DNA of 64,000 nucleotides from Octopus vulgaris (GCA_951406725.2 OX597820.1:118420001-118484000), one strand, 5' to 3'. Shown: positions 39,929 through 54,778, counted from the stretch's first letter. Notes: a model not told the origin generated them from the letters alone. Program-made: numbers and translations.

Positions 39929-41041
39929 CATACATACACATCCATCCATCCATGCATACATACATGCATGCATGCATGCATCTAACCATCCATCCATCCA
40001 TCCATACATACATACATACATACATGCATACATATATACATACATACATGCACATCCATCCATCCATCAGTCCATACATACATACATAGATACATACATC
40101 CATACATGCATACATACATATATACATACATACATACATACATATGTGTATACACATGCACACTGACGCATACACAAACAAACAAACGAAAAGAACGCGT
40201 CTGTGACAACGGACAGAGTCAGTGACTATTGAAAAAGCTGCAAGATGCAACGAAACTTTTAGAAAAAAAAAAAGTAAATGAGTAGAAATCGAATCGGTGA
40301 GTGTGTTAAATAATAATGTACTAAAAGATAATGACTCTCCCCGGACACAATAGAAAAATATATATATACTTTATTTCACTTTGCTCTGTGTTCATTTCGT
40401 CACCTGACATGTGGCACACGGCGCACCTGTACAGGTAATGTCGATTTGATAGAGGGAGTGGGCTTATGTGTACACACATATTTCATCACTATAAACAAAT
40501 CATCTGTATGGTTGTTCGTCAAGAAATTGCTGACCCCTCATACGTCGTCTAACGACGGGAGAGTCCACGATATTCGGTGATTGACAACAACTAAATCTGA
40601 GATGAAATCTTTTGAAATTCAGTTTTTTTACCAGTATCGGTAAAAAAACCCCAAAAAACAGCTGTTACTTAGCTCTGGTCAACTCCCAAATGCCTTCAAA
40701 GGCATTTCAAACCTAACCATTCATTTTACTTTCTAGTTACAGAGTAAGGAAGACAGCGTCGCATAAAGTGTTACTCTGAAGCAACAGAAAATGATTTGAG
40801 GTAGATTTCATTGCTTTCAAGGCAGATTCACCAACAGAAGAGAAGTTCAATCGTTACTTTTGATGAATACCAGTTTTCTTTAAAGCCTTATTCAATCGAA
40901 TTTACCATTTCTCAAAAAAAAAAAAAAGATAAAAGAAATGGCCTGGTTTCAGCATTCAAGAATTCAGTATTGAAATATATATTAGTGTTTGATTCTTACT
41001 TTCACATTCTACATTTAGCAGTGTCCGTTTGTGAAATATGT

Positions 41042-41269
41042 GGAGGCGCAATGGCCCAGTGGTTAGGGTAGCGGACTCGCGGTAGGAGGATCTAGGTTTT
41101 GATTCTCAGACTGGGTGTTGTGTGTGTTTATTGAGCGAAAACACCTAAAGCTCCACGAGGCTCCGGCAGGGGATGGTGGCGACCCCTGTTGTACTCTTTC
41201 GCTCCAACTTTCTCTCACTCTAAATGGCGGTGCCCCAACATGGCCACAGCTTGTGAGCTGAAACTAGAT
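41042..41269 (+). mobile_element. Chimeric SINE: family B head joined to the CR1/L2-type LINE 3' end
   Basis: The family B head runs to about 41220. It is followed by AAATGGCGGTGCCCCAACATGGCCACAGCTTGTGAGCTGAAACTAGAT, nearly identical to 11799-11845. Confidence 0.8.
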
Positions 41270-42382
41270 TTTTAAAAAATGAGTTTCATCAATTGGAAAA
41301 ATATAATAGAAAAGGCGATTCCCCCTCTACCTACCCACCTACCTACCTACCTACCTACCTACCTACCTACCTACCTACCTACCTACCTACCTACATAGAC
41401 ATACACGCATATATACATAAATACGCACGTGATTACATATTGCACTCTAGCATGGCCGTAACCGTGTTTAAAGACTAACATAGAGATCTAACAAACATGA
41501 CTCTACAGTTGAGACAAGAAAATGACAAATTGGAATTCTGATTTCGGTTAAGATGAAATCCAAAAATATATTCTTATAAAATGAAGCAAGAAAGAGATCG
41601 AGAAATATAATAAATCTAAAGACTGCCGTGTTTAAAATATTAAAATATTGCAAAAATATGAAATGAGAGTGAAATTACGTTAGGTTATATATATATGAAA
41701 CTCCATAGAAAAAATAATTTCAACAATACGCTATTAAGAAAGAGCCGTTGGGTATCCGGGTACATAGTGTGAAATAGAACAAGATTGAGGCTGGGGAGAT
41801 GGATAAAGAGGAAGCAGTGGAGGAAGGTGAGAGGGAGAGGAGAAAAAATGAGAGCGAAAGAGAGAAGAAGGGAAGGGTGAGAAAAGAAATGTGATTTGGA
41901 GATATGAAATGAGACGGAGAGTAAGGCGGATATATTTAGGGAGAGAGAAAGAAAGAGAGGAATAGATAGTAAAAAGCGGAGAAGGGAGAAATAAATATCA
42001 AGAATGTAAGTGAGAGAGAGAGAGAAAAGGAAAGAATATAAAAAGGAGAGGGACATGCATATGAAGTCATTTGAAGGGAAGAAAATGTGGGGGAAGGGAA
42101 TAAAGAAATATATATATATACATATATATATATGTGTGTAAGTTCAGCAAAATTTAGATTCAAATGAATATGGTACTTAAGTTAGATGCACCAGAATTTT
42201 GGAAGGTGTTATCCATATAAATCCATGAGGTGGTTATAATCAAAATACGCAACAAGAATATCTCCGGTAATTTGGTACGATCGTTTCACGCTACATTTTA
42301 TAAAATTAATGCAATTAATAAAATGATGTAGCGTGAAACGATCGTACCAAATTACCGGAGATATTCTTGTTGCTTATTTTGA

Positions 42383-42465
<83 letters not shown>

Positions 42466-42654
42466 GAGAGGGAGGGAAAGAGGGAGGGAGAGAAGGCGGA
42501 CAAAAAATCGTGAACTTGAATACTATGTATATATTTCTGCTCCATTCGGTATATAAAATGTATGTTTACATGTCCGGGCGCATGTCTGTGCTGCGCATGT
42601 GCATGTTTTTTATAATACGTACATACATACATACAAACATACATATATTCATTC

Positions 42655-42707
<53 letters not shown>

Positions 42708-43109
42708 CATATGTATATCTATTCATTAATGCCGTTGAGCCGAAAGAATGTGGCCATGGCGGGGCAACGCAAGTGTCGTCACCTTTTCAACAGCCGTTCT
42801 GATATGATTGACATTTGGCGAACAAAGGTGTTTGATATTGTTGCCTCTTCTAAGTTCCTTGCTCTGATGTAGGTTCATCTGGAATCTTGGAAAGCAGAAG
42901 ATTAAGTTGCCTTTTGGAAACATCCACCTCCCCACCATGTTGATCCCTAAGTTCTGGAGCCATTTTGTTAAGTAGTTGTGGGCCTTTGAATCCCAAACTA
43001 GTGCAGTACCGGGTTCTCACACTAGATGAGGTGAGCATCCCGTTCGGGGACTTGTATAACGCTCGAAGTCATAATTTGGTGCGAATCCCTCTAGAATCTT
43101 CCATATATA

Positions 43110-43299
43110 TATATTGGCGATTTTTTTCCCTCTGTCTTCCCTTCTCTGGATCTTTCCTTCTCCTATGTTTCCGACAAGGAGCTCCGCTCGAAACGTTAAA
43201 TCCTCCTTCTTTCCTTCTTTCCTGAGCGTCCAATAATACTATATTTGTTCCACGTCCTCGCGTTGTTGTGTTTTTTTGTGCTTTCTTGTTTGGATTAAC

Positions 43300-43300
<1 letters not shown>
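43110..43300 (+). mobile_element. Short PLE-type stub with a degenerate minimal HHR, nested in the LINE remnant
   Basis: CCGACAAG-GAGC-TCC-GCTC-GAAACGTTA, flanked by (TA)n on both sides. Confidence 0.55.
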
Positions 43301-43374
<74 letters not shown>

Positions 43375-43875
43375 GTATGTATCTATGTATCTATGTATCT
43401 ATGTATATGGACACATGCACATATACCACCGCATATCTTTCCCGTCTTCGCTCCAGAGAGTTGGGTGATAGCTCTTTCAGTCTTTCCCAGTAGCTGAACT
43501 GTTTCGCTATTTTTTGTTTTGACACTGTGGTGTGACCATTAGTTGAAAGCAATAGTACAGACAGCAGAGCGCGAATGCCCTCCAAAGGACTAGGAGAATT
43601 TCCTGGTCCCTTGTTCTGAACGTTCTAAGAAGCAATCCGGCCATTCACCTACCCATTGTCACCATCTTGGTAATATGTACATGAAACAACGTATCGCTGC
43701 TCATAACAATCTCCAGGTCATGTACTATATATGATTGCGGGATTGTCATTTCATTAGGTCCAAAGCATCTCTGGTATGGTTTGTGAGTGCAAGAGCTAGC
43801 AGTTAGCGAAGGGCCTGGTATTCTGCATTAAATTGCATGTTTTTTTTCAGCCCATTTATATATGGTATCTCTCTC

Positions 43876-44210
43876 TCTTTCTCTCTCTTTTACTTGTTTC
43901 AGTCATTTGACTGCGGCCATGCTGGAGCACCGCCTTTAATCGATCAACTCGACCTCGGGACTTATTCTTTTGTAAGCCCAGTACTTATTCTATCGGTCTC
44001 TTTAGACGAACCGCTAAGTAACGGGGACATAAACACACCAGCATCGGTTGTGAAGCAATGCTAGGGGGACAATACACAGACACACAAACACACACACGCA
44101 TATATATATACATTTATACGACGGGCTTCTTTCAGTTTCCGTCTACCAAATCCACTCACAAGGCTTTGGTCGGCCCGAGGCTATAGTAGAAGACACTTGG
44201 CCAAGGTGCC
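43876..44210 (-). mobile_element. SINE family C (5'-truncated), nested in the LINE remnant
   Basis: Matches 31401-31740. Confidence 0.88.
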
Positions 44211-44604
44211 TACGTCTTTCTGTGAAAGATTAGCATCAACAGGGCCTTTGTGCATGGGGTATTTTTGTATCATCGGCATAGCTAAACCTTTTAAATAATT
44301 TGAATTTTAAAAAACGGCGGGAACTTAGTTGCCAACCCAATAGATTGACGCTCAGTGGAAATGTTAGACGGAAAAAATAAGAGTGGAAATGGCGTTTGAG
44401 CAAAGATCTTCGTCGGAAAGAGGAAGGAGTCCAGCAAGGAAGAATAGGAGGAAGGAGCAGATAGTCCGGATAAAATCACGTGTGTCATTACATGCCCCCC
44501 CCTCCAAAGAAAACTGACCGGAAGTTGGAGAGAGACAAAGAATATAGAGTGTAAAAATGGCCATTGCAAGTTTGAGTGCTTGTGTGTGTGTGTGCATGCG
44601 CGTG

Positions 44605-44649
<45 letters not shown>

Positions 44650-44779
44650 AAAATACTTGTGTGTGTAGAGTGTATATGTGAATGTATGTTTTTTGTTATG
44701 AGTGTGTGTGTGGATGCGGTTTGCAGATAGCCTATTTGTATATAGGAGAATGAAACGTGTAAACGATAAAACTCCTTAC

Positions 44780-45440
44780 ACGTATGTAAGATGACGATCT
44801 GCAAGGAAGGAAGATCCTATAACAGTTCCATTTCATGTTGTTAAACCATATACAAATATATCTTATGATTACAGAACAGAAGCAATATTTATTTACCTTA
44901 ATAAATCCCCTGATGATTTACGTTACCGCATATAAGACATAACTTATAATTGCAGGTCTCCAATTTATTCTACAAAACAATTTTGATGTAGCATTAAACA
45001 ATCAAATATTTGGAACTGCTGCAGGGACCTAGTTAGCCCCAACATATACAAATTTAGTGAAGGAATACATTGATTTGAGAATGCATAAAGATTGAGTGAA
45101 AGATGAAAAGCATTGTAAAAATTACCTTAAAGAAACTGGACAAGAAATGTAGACAGCATTTATCCTATGGGGAGAAATTCTTAATAGAATTTTCCGAATT
45201 TAAGTGTCATATAAATAGCATTAGCAACATCATACAGTTTTCTAAGGAATACAGCAGAGACAAATTACCCTTTTTAAATATTGTGATCATATAAAAATAA
45301 ACAAGGATTGAGGCAGATGTATATTATAAACCACGAAACTCGAGGCAATATCTACATTTAACTTCATGCCATCTGAAATACATGAGAATCGATATTTCTT
45401 TCAATCTTGCTAAAAGTATATATACCATCGTATCAAAACT
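44780..45440 (+). mobile_element. Degenerate PLE RT remnant related to the element at 4570-6867
   Basis: GLQFILQNN, GTAAGT*LAPTYTNLV, IIQFSKEYSRDKLPFLNI, DVYYKP...YLHLTSCH and FNLAKSIYTIVS. Confidence 0.75.
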
Positions 45441-46273
45441 CTGTCGTTCAATTTTTATTTTTCGCTCACCACATTGGAAGAATGGGATTAATTCAAGAGT
45501 CGGCCGCCAATTTCGTACATATTGATCTAAATAATCACTGACTGGAAGTTTTCTAGGATTAGAATCATATATTTGATGTCGCTAAGTAGCACATCTCTGC
45601 AGCCCTTATAATTCCCGCCATATTAAATGCATGTTCTGGATTAATTTTGTAGAATTAATTTTAATTTTGAAAGTTTGTCGTTTCTGAGGCGGGACTCAGA
45701 ACCTTCAGATTTATTAATACAAATTCCAAGATTTGAATTTCTGTATTTGAAGCTGTATTTGCTGCTTAGCAGAAAAGACTGATAGAGTTAAAGAATATTT
45801 TGATCGAAATACATTCTATAACATCGATAGAAAGGAGAGACAACAGAAATCAGTTAAGGCTCTAAAAATGTAAAACAGAAATAAATGGCTTGTGGTATTT
45901 CAGCATTAACTCCGTGAACATTGAGGCTTTTAATGTATTTCATCAAAAGTTTTCGTCATTAAAACGCACCTTTAAAGTTGGGAAATATTTTGAAAAACAA
46001 AGGTAGAAAAAAGTCTAAAATGACGAAACTATAATAGAATGTCTCCTTGTGTATCAAGTATCTAAACACATTTGGAGATCAAATATATTAATTGCATTTG
46101 CTACAGTCGTGATAAGAGCTTATATCAAATTGGCACAAAATTCTTGTTCCTGGAATCACTCTTGTAAAATTTCAGTTGTTGAAACATTATATATACTCTA
46201 CTTTATGTTTTGAGTATGCTTGCTTTCTTTTTAACTCATACGTACTTCTCACACACATCCACGTAAACACACA

Positions 46274-46323
<50 letters not shown>

Positions 46324-46348
46324 CACACAAACACGTGCACATACTCAC

Positions 46349-47072
<724 letters not shown>

Positions 47073-47439
47073 AACTGTATAATGGCATAAACATGTAGAA
47101 TAAATTAAGAGCTTCTCCTCCTGGCCTTAATAATAGCTATTATTCTCTATAGAAATATGTATGTGGAATGGTTTTGTTCTGATCATGAAAATGTGTTGGA
47201 ATCTCCGAGAGGAACCGCCCATCTCTATGCCTGTCTTTCTTTCTGTTCTGCCATTCTGGCTTGTGTTTTTGTCTGTATGTCTACCTGTCCATCTACCAGT
47301 ATATATGTGCATATGTGTGTGTGTGTATGCATGTGTGTATATATATATATATATATGAATACACATACATATACACTCATCTCCTCTTCCATACATATAT
47401 ACAGTTACACAAACACACATACGCGTGCACACACACGCA

Positions 47440-47500
<61 letters not shown>

Positions 47501-47638
47501 TTATATATATACTAGTATATATGTGCATGTATGTGTGTATGCATGTGTATATATATATATATATGAATACACATACATATACACTTATCTCCTCTTCCAT
47601 ACATATATACAGTCACACACACACATACGCGTGAACAC

Positions 47639-47679
<41 letters not shown>

Positions 47680-48052
47680 CACACACACAGTCTCTGTCTA
47701 TATAATGCACGCATCCAAATGATTTAAATCCATTTAGAATTCTATGCAACTTTGTCCTGCCAATTTTTTTCTTCTCGCTCTTTCTCTCTCCCCGTCCTAG
47801 TACGCATATACGTACATATATACATGCAAACATACACACATGCACTCTCTCCCTTACACACATATGTACACACAAAACAAACACGCATATATACTCCAAC
47901 CAATTCATATGTACACCATTCTTTTCTAAAATTTAATAATCTATCAAGGAACAATGCGAGGAGAAAGTTGCTCCCCTCCTCCTCCTCCGCCTTCTCCTCT
48001 TGTTACTGCTCATGCAAATTATAACAATAAAAAGAATGGTAACAAAAACAAA

Positions 48053-48158
48053 GATGGTGATGATGATGATGACAATGATAAAGATGATGACAATGAAGAT
48101 GACGATGATGATGATTATGATGATGATGATGATGATGATGATTATGATGATGATGATT

Positions 48159-48191
<33 letters not shown>

Positions 48192-48233
48192 ATGATGATG
48201 ATGATTATGATGATGATGATGATGATGATGATT

Positions 48234-48275
<42 letters not shown>

Positions 48276-48285
48276 ATGATGATGT

Positions 48286-48320
<35 letters not shown>

Positions 48321-48411
48321 ATGATGATGTTGATGATGTTGATGATGATGATGATGATTATGATGATGATGATTATGATGATGATGATGATGATGATGAT
48401 TATGATGATGT

Positions 48412-48456
<45 letters not shown>

Positions 48457-48460
48457 CGAC
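48053..48460. repeat. (GAT)n array with TAT/GTT variants
   Basis: Direct tandem repeats. Confidence 0.95.
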
Positions 48461-48799
48461 AAAGATGAAGAGAAAGCAGACAGTAAGAAAAATATATCCA
48501 TGAATATGGAATTGAGGTCTTCTGCAAAAATAAAAGCGATTTGAAGTATTTTATCAACTTTAGGAGATATTTTAGACACCACCGCCATCACGCCACCACC
48601 ACCACCACCACCAGCAGCAGCACCACCACCACCACCACCACCACCAGCACCACCACCAGCACCACCACCACCTCCACTACTACTATGTCAGCCACCGATA
48701 ACCCCACTAACAATAGCACCACCCAGCCACCCAGTCACCACTAACACCTCCAAGCTGTTCTTATTACTACTAAACTACCACCTAAACTCCCAGCACCAG

Positions 48800-49830
48800 T
48801 TGTAACACTTGGCTTTCTTTTAACGACATGCCTCTGCCACACGGGCCCATCGAACAGCTTTCGTCCCTTCGTGTCTAAGGGCATGCGCCCAAATTCTAGC
48901 AATGCAATCTTCGTGCTCTGCGCTGAAGAATTTGTCGAGAGCCAATCTCTCCGCAAACATATCAGTTGCACTGCTTTTCGTAAAAGCCTCTTCCAGCCTT
49001 TTTAACTAGCTCACCCCCTAATCTAGTATTTTCTGTCTTTCCTCCTTTACTAAACCTAATTGATTCCACTGTAATCGCCCTTTCCAGAACAAACCACTAT
49101 TTGTTGTTGATAACTGCTTCCGTCAACGCTCGCTTGACTAATTCACTAATCCAATCTCTGTAGGCCTTGTGCGTTAGAAACTGGGACTCTGTCCAGGAAG
49201 TCTATTTTAGTTGACCGTACAGATCACGAACTTGCGGTCCGTGTGAAAGACGACTTTAAATAATGGACAAATTATACTATCCTTATCTACTGAATACGCT
49301 ATCTAGATGCCACCTAGATGACCAGATGCGGTTCGTCCATGTCCTCACTGGCACATAGGAAAATCCAGTCGGCACCAGTCAGACAATTGAAAATGTCTGG
49401 GAAGGTTTGCAAGGTTTTTACACCTCTTTCCCCTATCTGTTAGACCCACACAGTCCAAGCGTGCGTTCCAGCCCCCCCCCACTAACACTAAGAAGCTAGA
49501 CATTCCTAGAAAGGTCCCAAAGCGCCTTAAGAAATCAGGTCGATCTGCCCCTTTCGTCGCATAGGCAGCCACAAGCCTGAAAGCATAGCCGTTACTGTTT
49601 GTCACGTCCAGCACCACTAAATTACCCTCCGGATCCAAGAAAAGGCTCCGTGTCACGAGATGGAAACCTTTCTGAAACAACCCAGCCACTCTGCCTCCAT
49701 ATTCCGGACGTCTTGGAGATGCGTTACACATCGTAGTCGCCGAAAATGCGTTTGAAGGCCCGTGCTTCCGAAATTCTGGTCTCACTGATGACCACAATAT
49801 CTATTTCCAGTGATGAGGTCGTTCCTGCTT
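48800..49830 (-). mobile_element. L1/Tx1-clade LINE ORF2 fragment (APE endonuclease region), degenerate
   Basis: LDPEGNLVVLDV...FRLVAAYA...LVLVGGGWNA...LSDWCRL...WT, with frameshifts. Confidence 0.7.
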
Positions 49831-50016
49831 CCAAAACGAATGCAGGTCATATAATTTAAAAAGTGAAAAAAAGGGAGAATGACAACTTGTAAAGTGAGAA
49901 AGACTCCATCTTTTTATTTGGAATGATCAAAAAAGGAAATGAAAAGAATGATCCCTGGCTTACCATCCATGCAGGTAGTGAGAAAGCTTGACTTGACTTG
50001 TACGTCAATATATTGT

Positions 50017-50225
50017 CAGAAACGTTAGCACGCCGGGCTAAATGCGTAGCCGTATTTCGTGTGCCGTTACGTTCAGAGTTCAAATTTCGCCGAGGTCGAC
50101 TTTGCCTTTCATCCTTTCTGGGTCGATAAATAAAGTACCAGTTTCGCATTGGGTCTATGTAATCCCTTTGTCTGTCCTTGTTTGTCCCTTCTATGTTTAG
50201 CCCCTTGTGGGTAGTAAAGAAATAA
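50017..50225 (+). mobile_element. SINE family A (partial)
   Basis: Matches 330-550. Confidence 0.85.
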
Positions 50226-50538
50226 ATATATTGAGAAGTGCAATGTCACTGTGAATCTTCTTTCCTTTTTTCCCTTTCTTTTCTTTGTTTTCTTCTTTTA
50301 TTGTTTCTTCTTTTTTCCCTTTTCTCTTTGCCTTTCTTACCCCTATTCTCTTTGCCTTTCTTACCCCTTTTCTCTATCACATGGCTTTATAAATGACCAT
50401 ATGGTGTGTTTATTTTAATGGTCTACCAGTGTATACAGAGCGTTTCTCTGCCCTAGGTGTCAGGAAGACACACGACAAAAATGGAAACAGAATTGAAAGA
50501 GGATGATGAAAATAATACTAATGATGATGATGATGATG

Positions 50539-50582
<44 letters not shown>

Positions 50583-51178
50583 CTGATGCAGTACCAAGGC
50601 CCTGATGCAGTACCATAAAGGCCCTGATGCAGTACCAGGCAGTGGCTCTCATGGCTTCTGATCTTAACTGATTGGAAGTGTTATCATGTGACATTGTTTT
50701 GTCTTGGTATAAAAGATGGGCTACAGCAAATATTCTGCTCAATACCACAGATTTGCTTGTCAGTTGTTTGGCCTTAACCAGTTGAGCATGTCCCTTAGTG
50801 GCTGACGATATGTGCATCTCTGATCACGAGCAGAAGTAGTGGGGGAGCATCATAGCCGTGTGTTGAGAGGGATTCTTTGGGGTTTGAATGATTCACCTCT
50901 GGAAACATGGGTGGTTCTTTCAACATCCTTAAACAACCCTTATTCAGGGACCGTTTGAGCGGGATGGGCTACTCGACCTGAAGAAAATTCTAACTGGGCC
51001 CCACCTGCAAGGTCATGTGCTGTTTATCTTGATATGAGATCACCATGTCGCGCACATATGGTTGTGATGCATGTGCCTGGTGTACCTTTATCCGACGGGT
51101 AGTCATGATGGGTATATTGGGCTTCGTATATTTTACCCCAGTGTCACTTTGATGGCATAAACTGCTCTCTCACTCAAT
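50583..51178 (+). mobile_element. (TAA)n-inserted non-coding retroelement 3' portion (probable R4/Dong 3' UTR), copy 1
   Basis: Bounded by (TAA)n and ending CTCTCTCACTC(AAT)n. Near-identical to the copies at 51521 and 62295. Confidence 0.8.
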
Positions 51179-51239
51179 AATAATAATAAGAAGAAGAAAA
51201 CAAACTATGCTGGATCATAAATATAACATGCCGAGCTGA

Positions 51240-51390
51240 CAACAAGGTATGCGATAAGGAAGAAAGGAAAGTCGATAGATATCACAGGTTAGCTTGGGAA
51301 GTTAAGCAGTTGCAGTCGATGAAAAAGGTAGCAGTAGTTAGTACCAATAATTGTCGGAGCCCTGGGAACAGTGAGCAAAAACCTCGAGAA
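51240..51390 (+). mobile_element. R4/Dong-like RLE domain fragment
   Basis: DRYHRLAWEVKQLQSMKKVAV..VVPIIVGALGTVSKNLEK. Confidence 0.7.
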
Positions 51391-51433
51391 GTAGTACATC
51401 TCCAGCGTTAGAAGCTGTGCAAAGGCAATGAGG

Positions 51434-51488
<55 letters not shown>

Positions 51489-51520
51489 TAATAATAATAA
51501 TAATAATAAAAATAATAATA

Positions 51521-52035
51521 GATCTTAACTGATTGGAAGTGTTATCTTGTACGTTGTTTTGTCTTGGTATAAAAGATGGGCTGCAGCAAATATTCTGCTC
51601 AATACCACAGATTTGCTTGTCAGTTGTTTGACCTTAACCAGTTGAGCATGCCCCTTAGTGGCTGACGATATGTGCATCTCTGATCACGAGCAGAAGTAGT
51701 GGGGGAGCATCATAGCCATGTGTTGAGAGGGATTCTTTGGGGTTTGAATAATTAACCTCTGGAAACATGGGTGGTTCTTTCAACATCCTTAAACAACCCT
51801 TATTCAGGGCCCTTTTGAGCGGGATGGGCTACTCGACCTGAAGAAAATTCTAACTGGGCCCCACCTGCAAGGTCATGTGCTGTTTATCTTGATATGAGAT
51901 CACCATGTCACGCACATATGGTTGTGATGCATGTGCCTGGTGTACCTTTATCAGACGGGTAGTCATGATGGGTATATTGGGCTTCGTATATTTTACCCCA
52001 GTGTCACTTTGATGGCATAAACTGCTCTCTCACTC

Positions 52036-52037
<2 letters not shown>
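51521..52037 (+). mobile_element. (TAA)n-inserted element, copy 2 (5'-truncated)
   Basis: Near-identical to 50660-51178. Confidence 0.8.
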
Positions 52038-52081
<44 letters not shown>

Positions 52082-52131
52082 GTAATAATAATAATAATGA
52101 TGATGATTATAATAATAATAATAATAATAAC

Positions 52132-52210
<79 letters not shown>

Positions 52211-52442
52211 TTGAAAGTGAAGCGATGCATAGTGCCTCAAAAGTGAGTGTGGTACCAATTGTGGCCGTGCACATGACAGAGCAATATTCTGGCATGAAAA
52301 GCTGCAAATACGAAACTCCATTGGAATTATTCAGTTGGTAGCCATTCGTATTTGGAACAGTTCATGTGATGAGAATAGTGTTGCATCTCTAAGCTGCAGG
52401 ATGGAACGGAGACGTGAAATAGATAAATCAGAGGTTAAGTGA

Positions 52443-52482
52443 ATAAATAACAACAACAACAATAATAATAATAATAATAATA

Positions 52483-52525
<43 letters not shown>

Positions 52526-52774
52526 TAATAATAATAATAATAATTGTAATAATAATAATAATAATAATAATAATAGTAATAATAATAATAATGATAATAA
52601 TAATAATAATAATAATGATAATAATAATAATAATAATTGTAATAATAATAATAATAATAATAATAATAGTAATAATAATAATAATGATAATAATAAAATA
52701 ATAATAATGATAATAATAATAATAATAATAGTAATAATAATAATAATAATGATAATAATAAAATAATAATAATG

Positions 52775-52817
<43 letters not shown>

Positions 52818-52836
52818 TAATAATAAAATAATAATA

Positions 52837-52882
<46 letters not shown>

Positions 52883-52984
52883 TAATAATAATAATAATAA
52901 AATAATAATAATGATAATAATAATAATAATAATAATAATAGTAATAATAATAATAATAATAATGATAATAATAAAATAATAATA

Positions 52985-53051
<67 letters not shown>

Positions 53052-53071
53052 TAATAATAATAATAATAATT

Positions 53072-53144
<73 letters not shown>

Positions 53145-53150
53145 TGATGA
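52443..53150. repeat. (AAT)n array with higher-order variant blocks
   Basis: Recurrent AGT, TTGT and AAAAT variants. Confidence 0.95.
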
Positions 53151-53344
53151 TCAAGTTTTGACAGGAGGCCAATTTTTTGAGGGGAGGGGGAAACCGACTG
53201 CTATTTTATATTTTATCGACCTGGAAAAGATGAGAAGAGATATGGATCTCAGTAGCATTTGAACTCATAGCCGGAAGAAATGGTGCTAAGCAATTTCTCC
53301 CGACTCGCTAAGGATTCTGCCAGCTCGCTGCTTTGCAACCACCG

Positions 53345-53388
<44 letters not shown>

Positions 53389-53446
53389 GCAACAACCACA
53401 ACAACAACATATATTAATAATGATGATGATGATAATAATAATAATA

Positions 53447-53508
<62 letters not shown>

Positions 53509-53922
53509 AACAATACCATAGTGGTCATGATGTTGATGAAAATGATAAATTTGATGAGAAAGAAAAGAAAATACAGGAAAAAAAAAGAAGGGAAAAAGAG
53601 GGAGGAAAATATGAGGGGAGGGGGTATGCGTACCGTTCAACAATATATCACATTAAGGGCTGGCTTAAAAGTATTTTCAGTGATATAAACTGCATATCAA
53701 CGGTTGACGCTCTCCCACCTTCGACCGTTGCTATTGCCATCACCGTCAACAGCCACAAACAACGCCATCAAAAACAAAACAAAAAAAAAAGAAGAAAAAA
53801 AAAACAAATAAAAGACGCCGAATTAAGAAGGAAAAAAAAACCTCCCAGCAAAAAAATGTAGCATAAACAAGCACAACACACACCAATTTAGACATTTACC
53901 CTCGCACGCAAAATGTCTCCTT

Positions 53923-53953
<31 letters not shown>

Positions 53954-53959
53954 ATATAC

Positions 53960-54028
<69 letters not shown>

Positions 54029-54042
54029 TATATGTATATATA

Positions 54043-54106
<64 letters not shown>

Positions 54107-54130
54107 GTATATATATGTATATATATATGT

Positions 54131-54182
<52 letters not shown>

Positions 54183-54270
54183 GTGTGTGTGTGTATGGAC
54201 ATATATATATATATATATATAAATGTGTGTATGTATGTTTATATATACATGCATATATATATATATATAT

Positions 54271-54321
<51 letters not shown>

Positions 54322-54559
54322 CATGTAAAGAAAGAAGTAAGAAAAAGATTACAAACGAATAATGATGGATGATGGAAGGTGAAACGTCGAGAAACATTTT
54401 CAATCCATTTATTTCGTCAAATATGACATTGCATTATCCTCCTGATAACAGATGTTCACGGACTTTTGATATTTTCGTCCATTTTCAATTTCTTTCCACA
54501 ATTTCCTAACTGCCTCTTCTGAACTTCATTGTAATAGTTCCTTACTACTACGAATATAA

Positions 54560-54611
<52 letters not shown>

Positions 54612-54692
54612 TTACACATACATCTATCTATACATATGTACGTATGCATGTATGTATATATATATCTCTCTCTGTCTCTCTCTCTACACACG

Positions 54693-54729
<37 letters not shown>

Positions 54730-54740
54730 ATGTATGCGTT

Positions 54741-54778
<38 letters not shown>

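Larger units (their letters stand above)
42845..44290 (-). mobile_element. Second CR1/L2-type LINE remnant with two nested insertions
   Basis: YADDTK near 44265-44280, SYWERLK...SLERRRERYAV and VRTRYCTSLGFKGPQL, homologous to 10784-11871. Confidence 0.8.

Noticed and set aside
47954-48544. Poly-Asp ORF resembling acidic biomineral proteins
   Set aside because: Essentially a (GAT)n microsatellite with no signal peptide or splice evidence. Similar arrays occur elsewhere in the window.
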